This document shows, piece by piece, positions 53,627 to 64,000 of a stretch of 64,000 nt of DNA. Every line of letters starts with the position of its first letter. Positions within the stretch are counted from its first letter, which is position 1. Origin of the DNA: Chlamydiales bacterium (lineage in GTDB: Bacteria; Chlamydiota; Chlamydiia; Chlamydiales; JAAZZY01); assembly GCA_965206695.1 (NCBI GenBank), contig CBDBKM010000001.1:1-64000 (forward strand), given 5' to 3'. The translations under genes were made by a program, and so were the position numbers. Below the pieces are notes generated by a model that had not been told where the DNA came from, ran no database searches, and was given only the letters and a program-made list of their open reading frames with translations.

Positions 53627-53700
53627 TGTCCTCGGCGTGACTCGAACACGCGACCTGCTGCTTAGGAGGCAGCCGCTCTATCCGGCTGAGCTACGAGGAC
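53627..53700 (-). tRNA. tRNA-Arg(CCT)
   Basis: Cloverleaf; anticodon arm GCTGC CTCCTAA GCAGC. Confidence 0.97.
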
Positions 53701-53768
53701 AGAAAATAAGAAAAACAACTTAAATCAACTAATGGCTTTTACACAAGTTATTTAACAGAAGATAAGGA

Positions 53769-55223
53769 ATGCAAATGACACAGGCAGATATTGGATTAAT
53801 TGGATTAGCAGTAATGGGGCAAAACCTTGTTTTGAACATGGATGATCATGGTTATACAGTAGCGGTTTACAATCGGACCTATTCAATAGTACAGGATTTT
53901 TTGAGTGGCCCCGGAAAGGAAACACAGGTCATTGGAACGAGCTCTTTGAATGAGTTTTTAGGTAAACTCAAGCGTCCTCGTAAGATTATGCTGATGGTTA
54001 AAGCCGGTGAGGTGGTGGATAATATCATTGATCAATTACTGCCTTCTTTAGAACAAGGTGATGTGGTCATTGATGGTGGCAATAGCAACTATCAAGATAG
54101 TAATCGTAGATATAGCCGTTTAAAAGAAAGGGGAATATTTTTCATAGGAGCGGGTGTTTCCGGTGGAGAAGAAGGAGCCAGGCACGGACCTTCTATCATG
54201 CCCGGAGGAAATTCCCAAGCTTGGCCGTTAGTAAAATCTATTTTTCAAGATATCTCTGCAAAAGTGGATTCAGAACCTTGTTGCGATTGGTTAGGAGAGG
54301 CAGGTTCCGGACACTTTGTCAAAATGGTTCATAATGGAATTGAGTATGGTGATATGCAATTGATTTCTGAGGCTTATCATATACTTGAACAAGGACTGGG
54401 GATAGAGGCTACTGAACTGGCAGATATTTTCACCAATTGGGATAAAGGGGAATTAAATAGTTATTTGATAGAAATCTCCGGCAAGATCTTTTCTTTTAAA
54501 GACAAAAACGGGAGTTATTTAGTTAATAAAATCTTGGATGTAGCCGGACAAAAAGGGACGGGAAAATGGACAAGTATCAATGCTTTAGATTTTGGTATCC
54601 CATTAACTTTGATAAGTGAAGCTGTTTTTGCGCGATTTCTGTCATCGATGAAAGATGAAAGAGAGCAAGCGAGCAAATACTTAGGCGAAAACAAAGGGAA
54701 GTTCCAAGGAGATAAGCAAGGTTTCATCGAATCGGTCAAACAGGCGCTTTTTGCTTCAAAAATTATCAGTTATGCTCAAGGTTTTATGTTATTACGTCAA
54801 GCTTCCACAGATTTTTCCTGGGATCTGAATTACGGTGCTATTGCTTTAATTTGGAGAGGGGGATGTATTATTAGAAGTGGATTTTTAAGGGAAATTAAAA
54901 AAGCTTTTGATCAAGATTCAAATCTTTCCAATCTTTTATTAGATGATTTTTTCAAAGAGGTTATTCAAAAGGCTGATGCGGGATGGCGACAAGTTGTTAT
55001 GACAGCCTTTGAACTTCAAATACCTGCTCCTTGTATGGCATCATCATTAGCTTTTTATGATGGATATCGTAGTGCTAGACTTCCCCATAATTTATTGCAG
55101 GCTCAAAGAGATTTTTTTGGAGCCCATACTTACGAAAGAGTAGATAAGCCACGAGGGGAATTTTTTCATACAAATTGGACAGGTGAAGGAGGGGACGTTA
55201 GTTCGACTCAATATAATGCTTAA
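53769..55223 (+). CDS. gnd: 6-phosphogluconate dehydrogenase, decarboxylating
   Basis: GLAVMGQNL, VKMVHNGIEYGDMQ, QAQRDFFGAHTY. Confidence 0.98.
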   Translation: MQMTQADIGLIGLAVMGQNLVLNMDDHGYTVAVYNRTYSIVQDFLSGPGKETQVIGTSSLNEFLGKLKRPRKIMLMVKAGEVVDNIIDQLLPSLEQGDVVIDGGNSNYQDSNRRYSRLKERGIFFIGAGVSGGEEGARHGPSIMPGGNSQAWPLVKSIFQDISAKVDSEPCCDWLGEAGSGHFVKMVHNGIEYGDMQLISEAYHILEQGLGIEATELADIFTNWDKGELNSYLIEISGKIFSFKDKNGSYLVNKILDVAGQKGTGKWTSINALDFGIPLTLISEAVFARFLSSMKDEREQASKYLGENKGKFQGDKQGFIESVKQALFASKIISYAQGFMLLRQASTDFSWDLNYGAIALIWRGGCIIRSGFLREIKKAFDQDSNLSNLLLDDFFKEVIQKADAGWRQVVMTAFELQIPAPCMASSLAFYDGYRSARLPHNLLQAQRDFFGAHTYERVDKPRGEFFHTNWTGEGGDVSSTQYNA

Positions 55224-55303
55224 TAATTTAATGACTCTCTTTCTTGCAACAATTCTTCTAAACCTTTAACATTTATCCTTTTTAAATTGAATATTTTAAC
55301 TAT

Positions 55304-57112
55304 ATGCAACCTCATGATTTAACCGGCATTCGAAATTTCTCTATTATCGCTCACATAGATCATGGGAAATCTACCATAGCAGACCGTTTACTTGAGCTTA
55401 CTAAAACTGTGGCAGAGCGAGATATGCAAGAGCAGCTATTAGATAATATGGATTTAGAGCGGGAAAGAGGAATAACAATTAAAGCTCATCCTGTAACGAT
55501 GAACTACACAGCCAATGATGGAACTATATATCAAATTAATTTTATTGATACTCCCGGTCATGTTGATTTTTCCTATGAGGTTTCTCGCTCTCTTTCAGCA
55601 TGTGAGGGGGCTCTACTTGTTGTAGATGCAGCGCAAGGAGTCCAAGCACAAACCCTTGCGAATGTTTTTTTAGCTTTAGAGCATAATTTAGAAATTGTCC
55701 CTATTTTAAATAAAATAGACTTACCGGCAGCAAATATTCCTGAGGCAAAGAGGCAAATTGAAGAAGTTATTGGTATCGATACTTCAAATGCTGTTGAATG
55801 TTCGGCCAAAACCGGAGTTGGAATTGAGGGTATTTTAGAGGCTATAATTGCATTGGTACCCCCTCCTAAAAATTTTGGTGATGAAACGGTTAAAGCCTTA
55901 GTATTTGATTCTCACTACGATCCTTATAGGGGCATAATGATTTATATTCGTGTTATGAGTGGTGAGTTAAAGAAAGGAGATTCTATCCTCATGATGGTAA
56001 CAGGCAAGAAATTTGATATCTTGGAAGTTGGTATTTTTGCACCGCAAGAGACACCTGTAGCTCAATTACATAGTGGGGAAGTTGGTTATATTGTAGCAGG
56101 TATAAAGAATTCTAAAGACGTTAAAGTCGGAGACACGGTCACATTGCAAAAAAAACCGGCAGATAAGCCATTGGAAGGTTTTAAAGAGATTGCGCCTGTT
56201 GTGTTTGCCGGTATCTATACTATCGATACTTCTGATTTCGAATCTTTAAGGGATGCCCTATCAAAGTTGCAGTTAAATGATTCGGCTCTTCATGTCGAAC
56301 AAGAAAGTTCTCAAGCTTTGGGTTTTGGTTTCCGTTGTGGATTTTTGGGATTACTTCATTTAGAAATTATTTCTGAACGTATACAACGCGAGTTTGATAT
56401 TGATATCATTATAACAGCTCCGAGTGTTGTTTATAAATTTATCTTAAATGATGGTGTTAAAAAAGAAATTGATAATGCTGTTCATTATCCGGATCCTACC
56501 TTTATCCAAGAGATTGAAGAGCCTTGGGTCAAATGCCATATAATGGTACCCACTGACTTTCTTGGCGGTATTATGAGTCTGGGCAAAGCAAAGCGTGGTG
56601 AATTGATAAAAACAGAAACGATTGATCGGAAACGCTTATTTCTAACTTATCGCTTTCCTTTAAATGAAGTGATAACCGATTTTAACGATAAACTTAAGTC
56701 CGTTACTCGTGGTTATGGTTCTTTTGATTATGAAGTTGATAAGTATGAGAGAAGTGACATCATCAAATTAGAAATTAAAGTTAATGAAGAGCCTGTTGAT
56801 GCTTTTTCTTGCTTGGTTCATCGAACCAAAGCGGAAGCTAGAGGTAGAGCTATTTGTCAAAAGCTGAAAGAAGTTATTCCCAGACAAATGTTTAAGGTTC
56901 CTATTCAAGCTGCAATAAGCGGAAAAATTGTAGCTAGAGAGACCTTGGCAGCTCTGGCGAAGAACGTAACGGCTAAATGTTATGGTGGTGATATTTCCCG
57001 AAAACGTAAATTATGGGAAAAGCAAAAAAAGGGTAAAAAGAAGATGAAGGAGATAGGGAAAGTTAATATCCCTCAGAGTGCTTTTATGGATGTTTTAAAG
57101 ACTGATATTTGA
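55304..57112 (+). CDS. lepA: Elongation factor 4
   Basis: [29 protein letters not shown]. Confidence 0.98.
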   Translation: MQPHDLTGIRNFSIIAHIDHGKSTIADRLLELTKTVAERDMQEQLLDNMDLERERGITIKAHPVTMNYTANDGTIYQINFIDTPGHVDFSYEVSRSLSACEGALLVVDAAQGVQAQTLANVFLALEHNLEIVPILNKIDLPAANIPEAKRQIEEVIGIDTSNAVECSAKTGVGIEGILEAIIALVPPPKNFGDETVKALVFDSHYDPYRGIMIYIRVMSGELKKGDSILMMVTGKKFDILEVGIFAPQETPVAQLHSGEVGYIVAGIKNSKDVKVGDTVTLQKKPADKPLEGFKEIAPVVFAGIYTIDTSDFESLRDALSKLQLNDSALHVEQESSQALGFGFRCGFLGLLHLEIISERIQREFDIDIIITAPSVVYKFILNDGVKKEIDNAVHYPDPTFIQEIEEPWVKCHIMVPTDFLGGIMSLGKAKRGELIKTETIDRKRLFLTYRFPLNEVITDFNDKLKSVTRGYGSFDYEVDKYERSDIIKLEIKVNEEPVDAFSCLVHRTKAEARGRAICQKLKEVIPRQMFKVPIQAAISGKIVARETLAALAKNVTAKCYGGDISRKRKLWEKQKKGKKKMKEIGKVNIPQSAFMDVLKTDI

Positions 57113-57189
57113 TTGATTGTGACAGCTCTTAAAAAAAACCTAAAGGACGGGATTTTTCATTCAATGACCATTGCTAACAAGTGTTAGTC

Positions 57190-57920
57190 TAATACGATCT
57201 CTAAAGGCTTAATTACCGTCTGCCCTTCATCTATATTATAGGCTGCGTTAACATCTCTGTCATGCAAAGTATAACATTTAGAACATTTCTAAGATCTTAT
57301 ATCGCAATTTAACTTGCCTACATTGTGATTGCATATGGAGCATCGTTGTGTACCGGGAAAATTCTGAGATAGTTCGATTATGTTTCTTTCGTACCAATCA
57401 CATGTATACTTTAAAAATATTAACAATTGATGCCATCCTGCATCTGAATATACCTGTCGCATATCTTTTATTTGTTAACATACTTTTGATATCTACACCT
57501 TCATATTATGATTGCTTGGTTTTCACGAATCAATTGTGTAGAAAGGTTCTGATAAGAGTCGTTTCTTATATTTTTAAAATGAATCTTAGCGACTTTGATT
57601 CTTCTTTTGTTGCTGTTTTTGCCGGTAGATTTAAATTTACTTAAACATTTGTGATTTAACTTTTTACCGTTGGATGTTGTTACACAACTTTCCGAGTCCA
57701 TATCTATTTCAATAGAATGATTACGTTGCTTAAGTTGAATAGGTGGCTCTTCCGGAAGAATGCCGGTAAAATATTTTTCGTATATATCTTTAGTAGTTAT
57801 TCTTCCTGAAGAAATTCCAATAAACCTCCTCGATCCACATATTTTTAATGGTGTTTTAGACTGTGCAATATTAAAGGCATCTTTTAAGTTTAAAATCTCG
57901 ATTGCTTACATTATGGACAA
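57190..57920 (-). pseudogene. tnpB: Decayed TnpB (IS200/IS605); limits approximate
   Basis: Minus-strand CSKCYTLHDRDVNAAYNI, KRRIKVAKIH, LSTQLIRENQ. Confidence 0.75.
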
Positions 57921-58065
57921 GATCGTATTATGTTGATAGCGTGGGAAAACTAAATGAATATACACTTAGGAAGTATATCCAAAATCAAAAAACAAACTAA
58001 ATGCTTTCATCTCAATGCTAGAGCAAAGGGTTTTCTCGCTTAATTGTCATAAATAAGGGGAAAAG

Positions 58066-59082
58066 ATGAAAAAAAAGACAGTTTTAATCACAGGCATACT
58101 AGGGCAAGATGGTCCTTATCTGGCAAAACTGTTATTGGAAAAAGGCTACCGAGTTTATGGAATGGTAAGAAGATATTCTTGTCCTAATTATTCGAATCCG
58201 GATTTCTTAAATATTACCAATGAGATTGAGTATGTCGAAGGGGATTTGACTGATGAAGCATCTCTTTTAAATCTTATTAAGGGATTACAGCCTGATGAAG
58301 TTTATAATTTAGCCGCTCAGTCTTTTGTTGGAGCTTCTTTTGATCAAGCTAAATTAACAACCGAAGTCAACGCAATCGGTGTTCTTCATCTTTTGAACGC
58401 TATTAAATATTTTTCTCCTACCAGTAGATTTTATCAAGCATCTACTAGTGAGATGTTCGGTCTCGGTAATACTAATGGTATTCAAGATGAGTCTACCGAA
58501 TTTTATCCTAGAAGCCCTTATGCTATTTCCAAGCTATATGCTTACTGGATGACAGTGAATTATCGTGAGGCTTACAATCTATACACTTGTAATGGTATTC
58601 TATTTAATCATGAATCTCCTATACGAGGCATTCAATTTGTTACTCGTAAAATCACTGATGGAGTGGCAAAAATAAAGCTGGGTCTTGAAAATAAAATCAG
58701 ATTAGGTAATCTAAAAGCTCGTCGAGATTGGGGACATGCAGGGGATTTTGTTATTGCGATGCATCAGATGTTGCAGCACGCAAATCCATCTGATTATGTG
58801 ATAGCAACAGGTGTTAGTCACAGTGTTGAAGATTTTGTACGTCTAGCTTTCCAACATGTTGGTATCGATAATTGGAAGGACTATATTACTTTAGATCCCA
58901 GATTCAATAGACCTACAGAAGTTCCTGATTTAAGAGGCCGGCCGGGCAAGGCTAAAAAGATGTTGGGCTGGGAACCGAAAATTACTTTCGAAGAACTTGT
59001 ACAGGTTATGGTAGAAGAAGATTTAAAAAGGCTGGAAAAGAAACATTCTTTGAAGGTGAAATTATCTCCTTCATTAGTTTAA
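58066..59082 (+). CDS. gmd: GDP-mannose 4,6-dehydratase
   Basis: LITGILGQDG, YNLAAQSFV, QASTSEMFG, SPYAISK, FNHESP, RDWG. Confidence 0.95.
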   Translation: MKKKTVLITGILGQDGPYLAKLLLEKGYRVYGMVRRYSCPNYSNPDFLNITNEIEYVEGDLTDEASLLNLIKGLQPDEVYNLAAQSFVGASFDQAKLTTEVNAIGVLHLLNAIKYFSPTSRFYQASTSEMFGLGNTNGIQDESTEFYPRSPYAISKLYAYWMTVNYREAYNLYTCNGILFNHESPIRGIQFVTRKITDGVAKIKLGLENKIRLGNLKARRDWGHAGDFVIAMHQMLQHANPSDYVIATGVSHSVEDFVRLAFQHVGIDNWKDYITLDPRFNRPTEVPDLRGRPGKAKKMLGWEPKITFEELVQVMVEEDLKRLEKKHSLKVKLSPSLV

Positions 59083-59790
59083 GGGTATAATACGTGTACT
59101 TTTACGATGAGGAAGTTCTAATTGATCTTCGATTTCGCTCAGTTCTACTTTTTTTACAGGAAACTTTTTAGAGATGGTTTCAATGATTTTTGAGAAGAAA
59201 AATGCTTTATCGGGAAAATGATTCTTTAAATGCACAAGGAACTCTTCATGATTCCGATCCCTACGGTATTGAGGCCTTTTTTCCGGAAGAAGTAGGTATT
59301 CCATTTTTTTAGGACAGAAGTCCCATAAAAAACTCGTATGATGTAGCCAGCGATCTTTTCGAATATATTGAGCATTTCCTGCGAATTTCTTCTCTCCTAA
59401 TACATAATCGTTTTCTTTAAGATTAAAGTCAGGATGCTGCAAAGCGATTTGATATAAAGATTGTGTCCATCTAAGAATTGGTTCAGGAAAAAGAGGAATA
59501 TTTATTAATTCCTTATTTGCAATGAAGGTGATGAACAAAGTATCTTTATCAACAAAAACAGTTCCTCCTCCGCTAAAACGCTTAATTACGGGCATACGAT
59601 CTTTTTTCACTAAGGATAGATTCAAAAGCTTATCCGGGGCGCCGGAGATGCCCATAATAATGGCTTCATCTTGTCCTTCGTTTAAAATACACCAGTTTCG
59701 CATATCTGTACGTAACAAAGCCTCTTCAATTTGCAATTGTCTATATATGGGAACGGATTTCAATTTAAGAAGATGTAGTGTTTTCATCAA
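59074..59790 (-). CDS. lplA: Lipoate-protein ligase A family
   Basis: EEALLR, KRFSGGGTV, KKFAGNAQ, LHHTSFL. Confidence 0.85.
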   Translation of the reverse strand: MMKTLHLLKLKSVPIYRQLQIEEALLRTDMRNWCILNEGQDEAIIMGISGAPDKLLNLSLVKKDRMPVIKRFSGGGTVFVDKDTLFITFIANKELINIPLFPEPILRWTQSLYQIALQHPDFNLKENDYVLGEKKFAGNAQYIRKDRWLHHTSFLWDFCPKKMEYLLLPEKRPQYRRDRNHEEFLVHLKNHFPDKAFFFSKIIETISKKFPVKKVELSEIEDQLELPHRKSTRIIPLN

Positions 59791-59914
59791 AAAGTTTTAT
59801 TTAAGTGATTTAGCTTATTATAGAATAAATAAGCTCTATAAGTCAAATATCATTTAATTCTAGATTCTAAATATTTAGTTTTTTAAATTGTTTTTCGTTA
59901 TTTAACTAACATAA

Positions 59915-60570
59915 GACTTCTGCACAACTGATTCATGATAATGATTTTTTAAAAATTCATTGATTGGCAACCTATTCGATGCTTACTAAAAAGCATACAT
60001 AAAAATGAACTTAACCCTCAAAGTGGCCTTGCCGGGTTTAAGTCGATATTATTGGGTCACCCGGCACAGCTTAAGCGATCCTGCTTTAGAAGAAGCCTTA
60101 AGAGTCCGTTTGGACTTTATGTGGTTCACAGGTTTTGAGATAGAAGATGATACGCCGGATGAAACAACCGTATGCCGCTTTAAGAATAACATCATTCATA
60201 AAAGGCTTCATGAGCGCTTATTTCGCGAAATTAACCGGCAATTAGAAAAGCATGGGATTAAAGTTAAAGAAGCTGAAGGGGCTCTTCTTGATACAACCAT
60301 AGTAACTTCAGCAGCATGCCCGAAAAAAACGGTCGAACCTGATCATGCCGTTAAGCAATCGGCGGATCCGGATGCCTCTTGGGTTAAAAAAGGGAAGCAA
60401 AGCTATTTCGGTTATTAGGGGTTATTTTGTTTCCGATAACCGAGAAGGTTTTATTCATCATATACACGTCAGACCGGCGAATGCATCTGAGGTGACCCAA
60501 TTGCCACAGATCATAGGTTATACTCACGGTAAACGTTTACTGACCGATAAGGGTTTCTCATCATCAGAAT
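59915..60570 (+). pseudogene. IS5-family transposase remnant
   Basis: LSDPALEEAL, PDETTVCRF, DPDASW, YFGY, TDKG. Confidence 0.8.
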
Positions 60571-61103
60571 AACCGCTCTCATTTAAAAACTCATGGTATT
60601 CTAGTTTAAAAAATTTAAAATCTATCAGAGATCCGGGGTTAAATTTTGTTACGGGTTTACGTAAAAATAGAAAAGTTAATCGCAATGTAAGTTTGAAAGA
60701 TTTGGATATTCCGGATGAAGGGCTAAACATTCACTTACGAGGATATGGTTTTGTTACGGCCTTCAAGTTTCCGGCTAAAAATGGTCGCATTGATTACATG
60801 ATCACTAATTATAGAAGGATCCGCTCGTCATGATATTAAAAAAATCATGAAAATTCGTTGGAAAATTAAAGTTTATCATAGGGAACTGAAGCAGACTTGC
60901 GGTCTTGAGCGCCGGCAGTCTCGTAACGCACGAGCGCAACGAAACCCTATTTTTCTATTTATGCTTGGTTAAACAAATGGCAACGAAGAATAAAAGATAA
61001 GGTATCTTTTTACCGGCAAGATTGGGAAATTATAAAAACGGCAATCACTTTAAATAGGAAGCATATCTTGGCTAATGCTTAATAGCTTTGCGCGAAACTC
61101 CTG
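60571..61103 (+). pseudogene. IS701-family transposase remnant
   Basis: SWYSSLKNLK, HLRGYG, RWKIKVYHRELKQTCG; ends in AACTCCTG. Confidence 0.7.
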
Positions 61104-61265
61104 TAAATAATCGAAGAAGTTCGTGTCCTTTATAAAGGGTTATTTTTCTTCAATTTTTTTAACCTTTTTTATACAGATTTAAAAGACCGAATTTGATCGA
61201 ATTTATGGTAATTATGCGTTGCGGGAATTAAATCTTCTAAACGTATCATCTCTATTTGCTGCATC
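61104..61265 (-). pseudogene. Transposase N-terminal remnant (IS5/IS1182-like)
   Basis: GGAG RBS then MQQIEMIRLEDLIPATHNYHKF, followed by stops. Confidence 0.4.
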
Positions 61266-61783
61266 GTACTCTCCTTATTAAAAAAACGCTGATACACATT
61301 AAACTATTCCGGAAGATTTAACCGGATTACAACACGCTTATTAGTTTGCAATTCAAGATATAACTAACTGATTTTCATAGACCTATACACGTATAATCAA
61401 TCATAGTTAAATTGATATCATTTAACTAATACAGTAACAATAGTTAACTAAATATTACTGATAATGTATTAATTTTAAAAATTGACTCGTGTCGAATATC
61501 TATTGCTTTTGATGCTTACAAGATTTAATTTAAGTAAAAGTAAAGAGGTCGAAAGGGGCCTTAAAGTTTGTAAAAGGAAAATAATAAAGGATTTTTGTTG
61601 AATATAAATGAATATGTTTGATAAATTTTTCGATTTCAAAAACCAAAGAATTGATCAAGTTAAATGCTTGTATCCATGTCAATGGTTGCATCAATAAATA
61701 TTAAAATTCCTGATGGATCTTAATTTGTTTCGATTCGGGTGTAATAAGTAAATATTACCATTTACTTCAAAAAAATTAAGGAA

Positions 61784-62449
61784 GTGACAATGAAGCCAAA
61801 ATTAATGGGTAGAAAGCGTGGAATGACCCAGGTATTTGATGATAAAGGGCGAGTTATCGCTTGTACGGTGATTCATGCTGAACCAAATGTTATTGCACAG
61901 ATTAAAATTAAAGAAGTGGATGGGTATTTGGCTGTACAAACATCTTTTGAAACGATAACGACAAAAGATCCCAGAACTATGGACAGAAGAATAACAAAAC
62001 CTTTAATGGGGCATTTCAAGAAAGCAAAAGTGCCTCCGAAGCGTTTTTTAACTGAAACGAGAGTTGATGCAATAGAAGAATATTCAGTTGGTCAAGAATT
62101 CACGGTAGCTCAGTTTGAGGAAGGACAGTTAATTGATGTTCAAGCTATTTCAAAAGGAAAGGGATATCAAGGACTGATGAAAAAAAATAATTTTAAAGGC
62201 GGCCCGGGCGCTCATGGATCCGGCTTTCATCGGCATGCAGGTTCGACGGGCATGCGTTCTACGCCGGGTCTTTGCTTTAAAGGAAGCCCGCGCCCGGGTC
62301 AGATGGGAGCAAAGGCGGTAACAACACAGAATGTAACGATAGTGAAGATTGAAAAAGATAAAAATCTTATTTTGGTCAGAGGGTCAATTCCCGGGTACAA
62401 CGGCTGTAAAGTATGTCTGTGGGAAGCAAAAAAGAAAATCAAAAGTTAG
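61784..62449 (+). CDS. rplC: 50S ribosomal protein L3
   Basis: GRKRGMTQVF, SKGKGYQG, HRHAGS. Confidence 0.97.
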   Translation: MTMKPKLMGRKRGMTQVFDDKGRVIACTVIHAEPNVIAQIKIKEVDGYLAVQTSFETITTKDPRTMDRRITKPLMGHFKKAKVPPKRFLTETRVDAIEEYSVGQEFTVAQFEEGQLIDVQAISKGKGYQGLMKKNNFKGGPGAHGSGFHRHAGSTGMRSTPGLCFKGSPRPGQMGAKAVTTQNVTIVKIEKDKNLILVRGSIPGYNGCKVCLWEAKKKIKS

Positions 62450-62482
62450 TATCAGTCTTTATTGATCTAGGAGAAAAGACAA

Positions 62483-63172
62483 GTGGTGAAGGTGAAAAAG
62501 TATAACTTGAAAGGCGAAGATTGCGGAGAGGTTGATGTTAATGCTGATTGGTTGGATGAACCATTACATGAACAGCTCATTAAAGATTATGTCGTCGCAA
62601 TTAGAAAAAACAAAAGACAATGGTCAGCTTCGACAAGAGGACGATCAGAGGTTAATCATGCTAACACAAAGCCGCATAAGCAAAAGGGCACCGGTCGAGC
62701 AAGACAGGGAACGTTAGCTGCCCCTCAATATAAAGGAGGAGGAGTTGTATTCGGTCCGAAGCCTAAATTTGATCAGCATGTTCGTATCAACAGAAAAGAA
62801 CGACAAAAGGCAATCAGGGGTTTATTAGCAGATAAATTACGAAATGAAAAAATCCTTGTAATAGATACTTTTGAAATGGAAAGGCCTAAAACAAAGTTAA
62901 TATCTAGTTTTTTAAGTTCAAGAGGGATCGAGAAGCGACCTCTGTTTCTATGTGAGGCCGAATTAAGTGTTGATGACAAACAGAAAAAGTCGACGAAAAA
63001 TAGCGCAGCAATAAAGAACTATACATATTTGAGAAAAAGTCTTCGGAATATTCCTGAAGCGATTTTTTGCTTAGCACCCAATATCAATGGGTACAATGTC
63101 ATGTTGGCTGATAGTATTGTCATTACTGAATTAGGTTTGAATCAACTTATGGAGCAAATGAAGAATGGATAA
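62483..63172 (+). CDS. rplD: 50S ribosomal protein L4
   Basis: KPHKQKGTGRARQG, GGGVVFGPKP. Confidence 0.97.
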   Translation: MVKVKKYNLKGEDCGEVDVNADWLDEPLHEQLIKDYVVAIRKNKRQWSASTRGRSEVNHANTKPHKQKGTGRARQGTLAAPQYKGGGVVFGPKPKFDQHVRINRKERQKAIRGLLADKLRNEKILVIDTFEMERPKTKLISSFLSSRGIEKRPLFLCEAELSVDDKQKKSTKNSAAIKNYTYLRKSLRNIPEAIFCLAPNINGYNVMLADSIVITELGLNQLMEQMKNG

Positions 63173-63515
63173 GCAAAATAGAAGAAAAAACCCTTTTGGT
63201 CTGATTCATTCGCAGTATATTACTGAAAAATCGATGGTTTTGCAAGGTTTAGAGACAGCAGGTTCCAATAAATCTCTTTTTCGATGCAACAAACCTAAAT
63301 ATGTTTTTTTAGTAGATAAAGAGGCGAACAAGCAAGAGATTGCGGGAGCTATTGAGAAGATCTATGAAAATCAAAAAATTAAAGTAATAAAAGTTAATAC
63401 AATTAATGCCAAGCCAAAGTTTAAGCGAACAAGGGGCCGTTCTTCATATGGAAGAAAGCCCGGTTTTAAAAAAGCTATAGTAACCTTGGAACCGGGTGAT
63501 CGCATTGAAGCATAA
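63165..63515 (+). CDS. rplW: 50S ribosomal protein L23
   Basis: ITEKS, ANKQEI, KVNTIN, KKAIVTL. Confidence 0.95.
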   Translation: MDKQNRRKNPFGLIHSQYITEKSMVLQGLETAGSNKSLFRCNKPKYVFLVDKEANKQEIAGAIEKIYENQKIKVIKVNTINAKPKFKRTRGRSSYGRKPGFKKAIVTLEPGDRIEA

Positions 63516-63538
63516 TTGTGAAGGAGTTGAATATACAA

Positions 63539-64000
63539 ATGGTTAAAAACTATCGCCCTGTAACTCCGGGTCAAAGACAGTTAGTCTTACCGAGTAACGA
63601 TGAATTGACTAGAGCTAAGAAAGGAAAAAAAGCCCTTATAAGACCTAATAAGTCATTATTAATCGCAAAAAAAAGAACGAGTGGTCGTGACAATAATGGA
63701 CATATCACATGTAGACATCGTGGTGGTGGCCATAAACGATTTTACAGATTAGTAGATTTTAAAAGAGATAAAGAAAATGTACCGGCTAAAGTAGCGTCAA
63801 TTGAATATGACCCTAACCGTTCTGCACACATCGCGCTTTTGAATTATGTTGATGGTGAAAAGCGTTACATTATTGCCCCACAAGACCTTAAAGTCGGCGA
63901 TACCGTATCAACTCATGTGGGAACACCTTATAATATAGGTTGCTGCATGAAAATTAAGAGTATGCCTTTGGGTTCAGTTATACATAACATTGAGATGTAT
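63539..64000 (+). CDS. rplB: 50S ribosomal protein L2 (partial; runs off window)
   Basis: [44 protein letters not shown]. Confidence 0.97.
   Translation, partial: MVKNYRPVTPGQRQLVLPSNDELTRAKKGKKALIRPNKSLLIAKKRTSGRDNNGHITCRHRGGGHKRFYRLVDFKRDKENVPAKVASIEYDPNRSAHIALLNYVDGEKRYIIAPQDLKVGDTVSTHVGTPYNIGCCMKIKSMPLGSVIHNIEMY

Noticed and set aside
61500..61783. Missing rpsJ as an unusual gene loss
   Set aside because: In chlamydiae rpsJ normally lies apart from rplC, so this is expected synteny.
36404..63574. Short antisense or overlapping ORFs (36404, 36996, 39018, 42505, 45828, 47332, 47668, 54515, 55573, 57348, 59522, 62532, 62773, 63371)
   Set aside because: Shadows of well-supported genes or remnants, with no motifs of their own.
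1..64000. CRISPR array or cas genes
   Set aside because: No regularly spaced repeat-spacer array seen; the TnpB copies are broken IS200/IS605 remnants, not Cas12.

Overview
AT-rich bacterial chromosome segment, almost certainly an environmental member of phylum Chlamydiota. Evidence: CT273/CT274-like genes beside dnaA, a plant-type GPAT in an rng-plsB-ptr cluster, an mraZ-rsmH-ftsL-ftsI-murE block, and an S10 operon starting at rplC without rpsJ. Bases 1-27.2 kb form an accessory region organised around copies of the 3' end of tRNA-Tyr (27132-27183, 11034-11047, 4573-4586). It holds two related, capsid-less integrative replicons with the layout tyrosine integrase -> degenerate recombinase-fold protein resembling chlamydial plasmid pGP8-D -> small HTH -> primase-DUF3987 fusion, carrying different primase domains. 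Cargo includes duplicated HigBA modules, HicAB, a YeeA/YeeB/YeeC-type methyltransferase-helicase-nuclease operon whose third gene is fused to Mrr, an AlbA/Schlafen-domain protein, a repeat-built 719-aa orphan and three IS30 copies. A short cryptic reading frame conserved at the att copies looks like a displaced recombinase C-terminus. Bases 27.2-64 kb are mostly core genes (recO, hpf, rng, plsB, ptr, corA, dnaA, dcw genes, gnd, lepA, gmd, lplA, rplC-D-W-B, two tRNA-Arg) interspersed with IS630, tnpB, IS5 and IS701 elements or remnants. Several +1 frameshifts sit in homopolymer runs and may be assembly errors. All family assignments come from motif recognition by eye; no searches were run.
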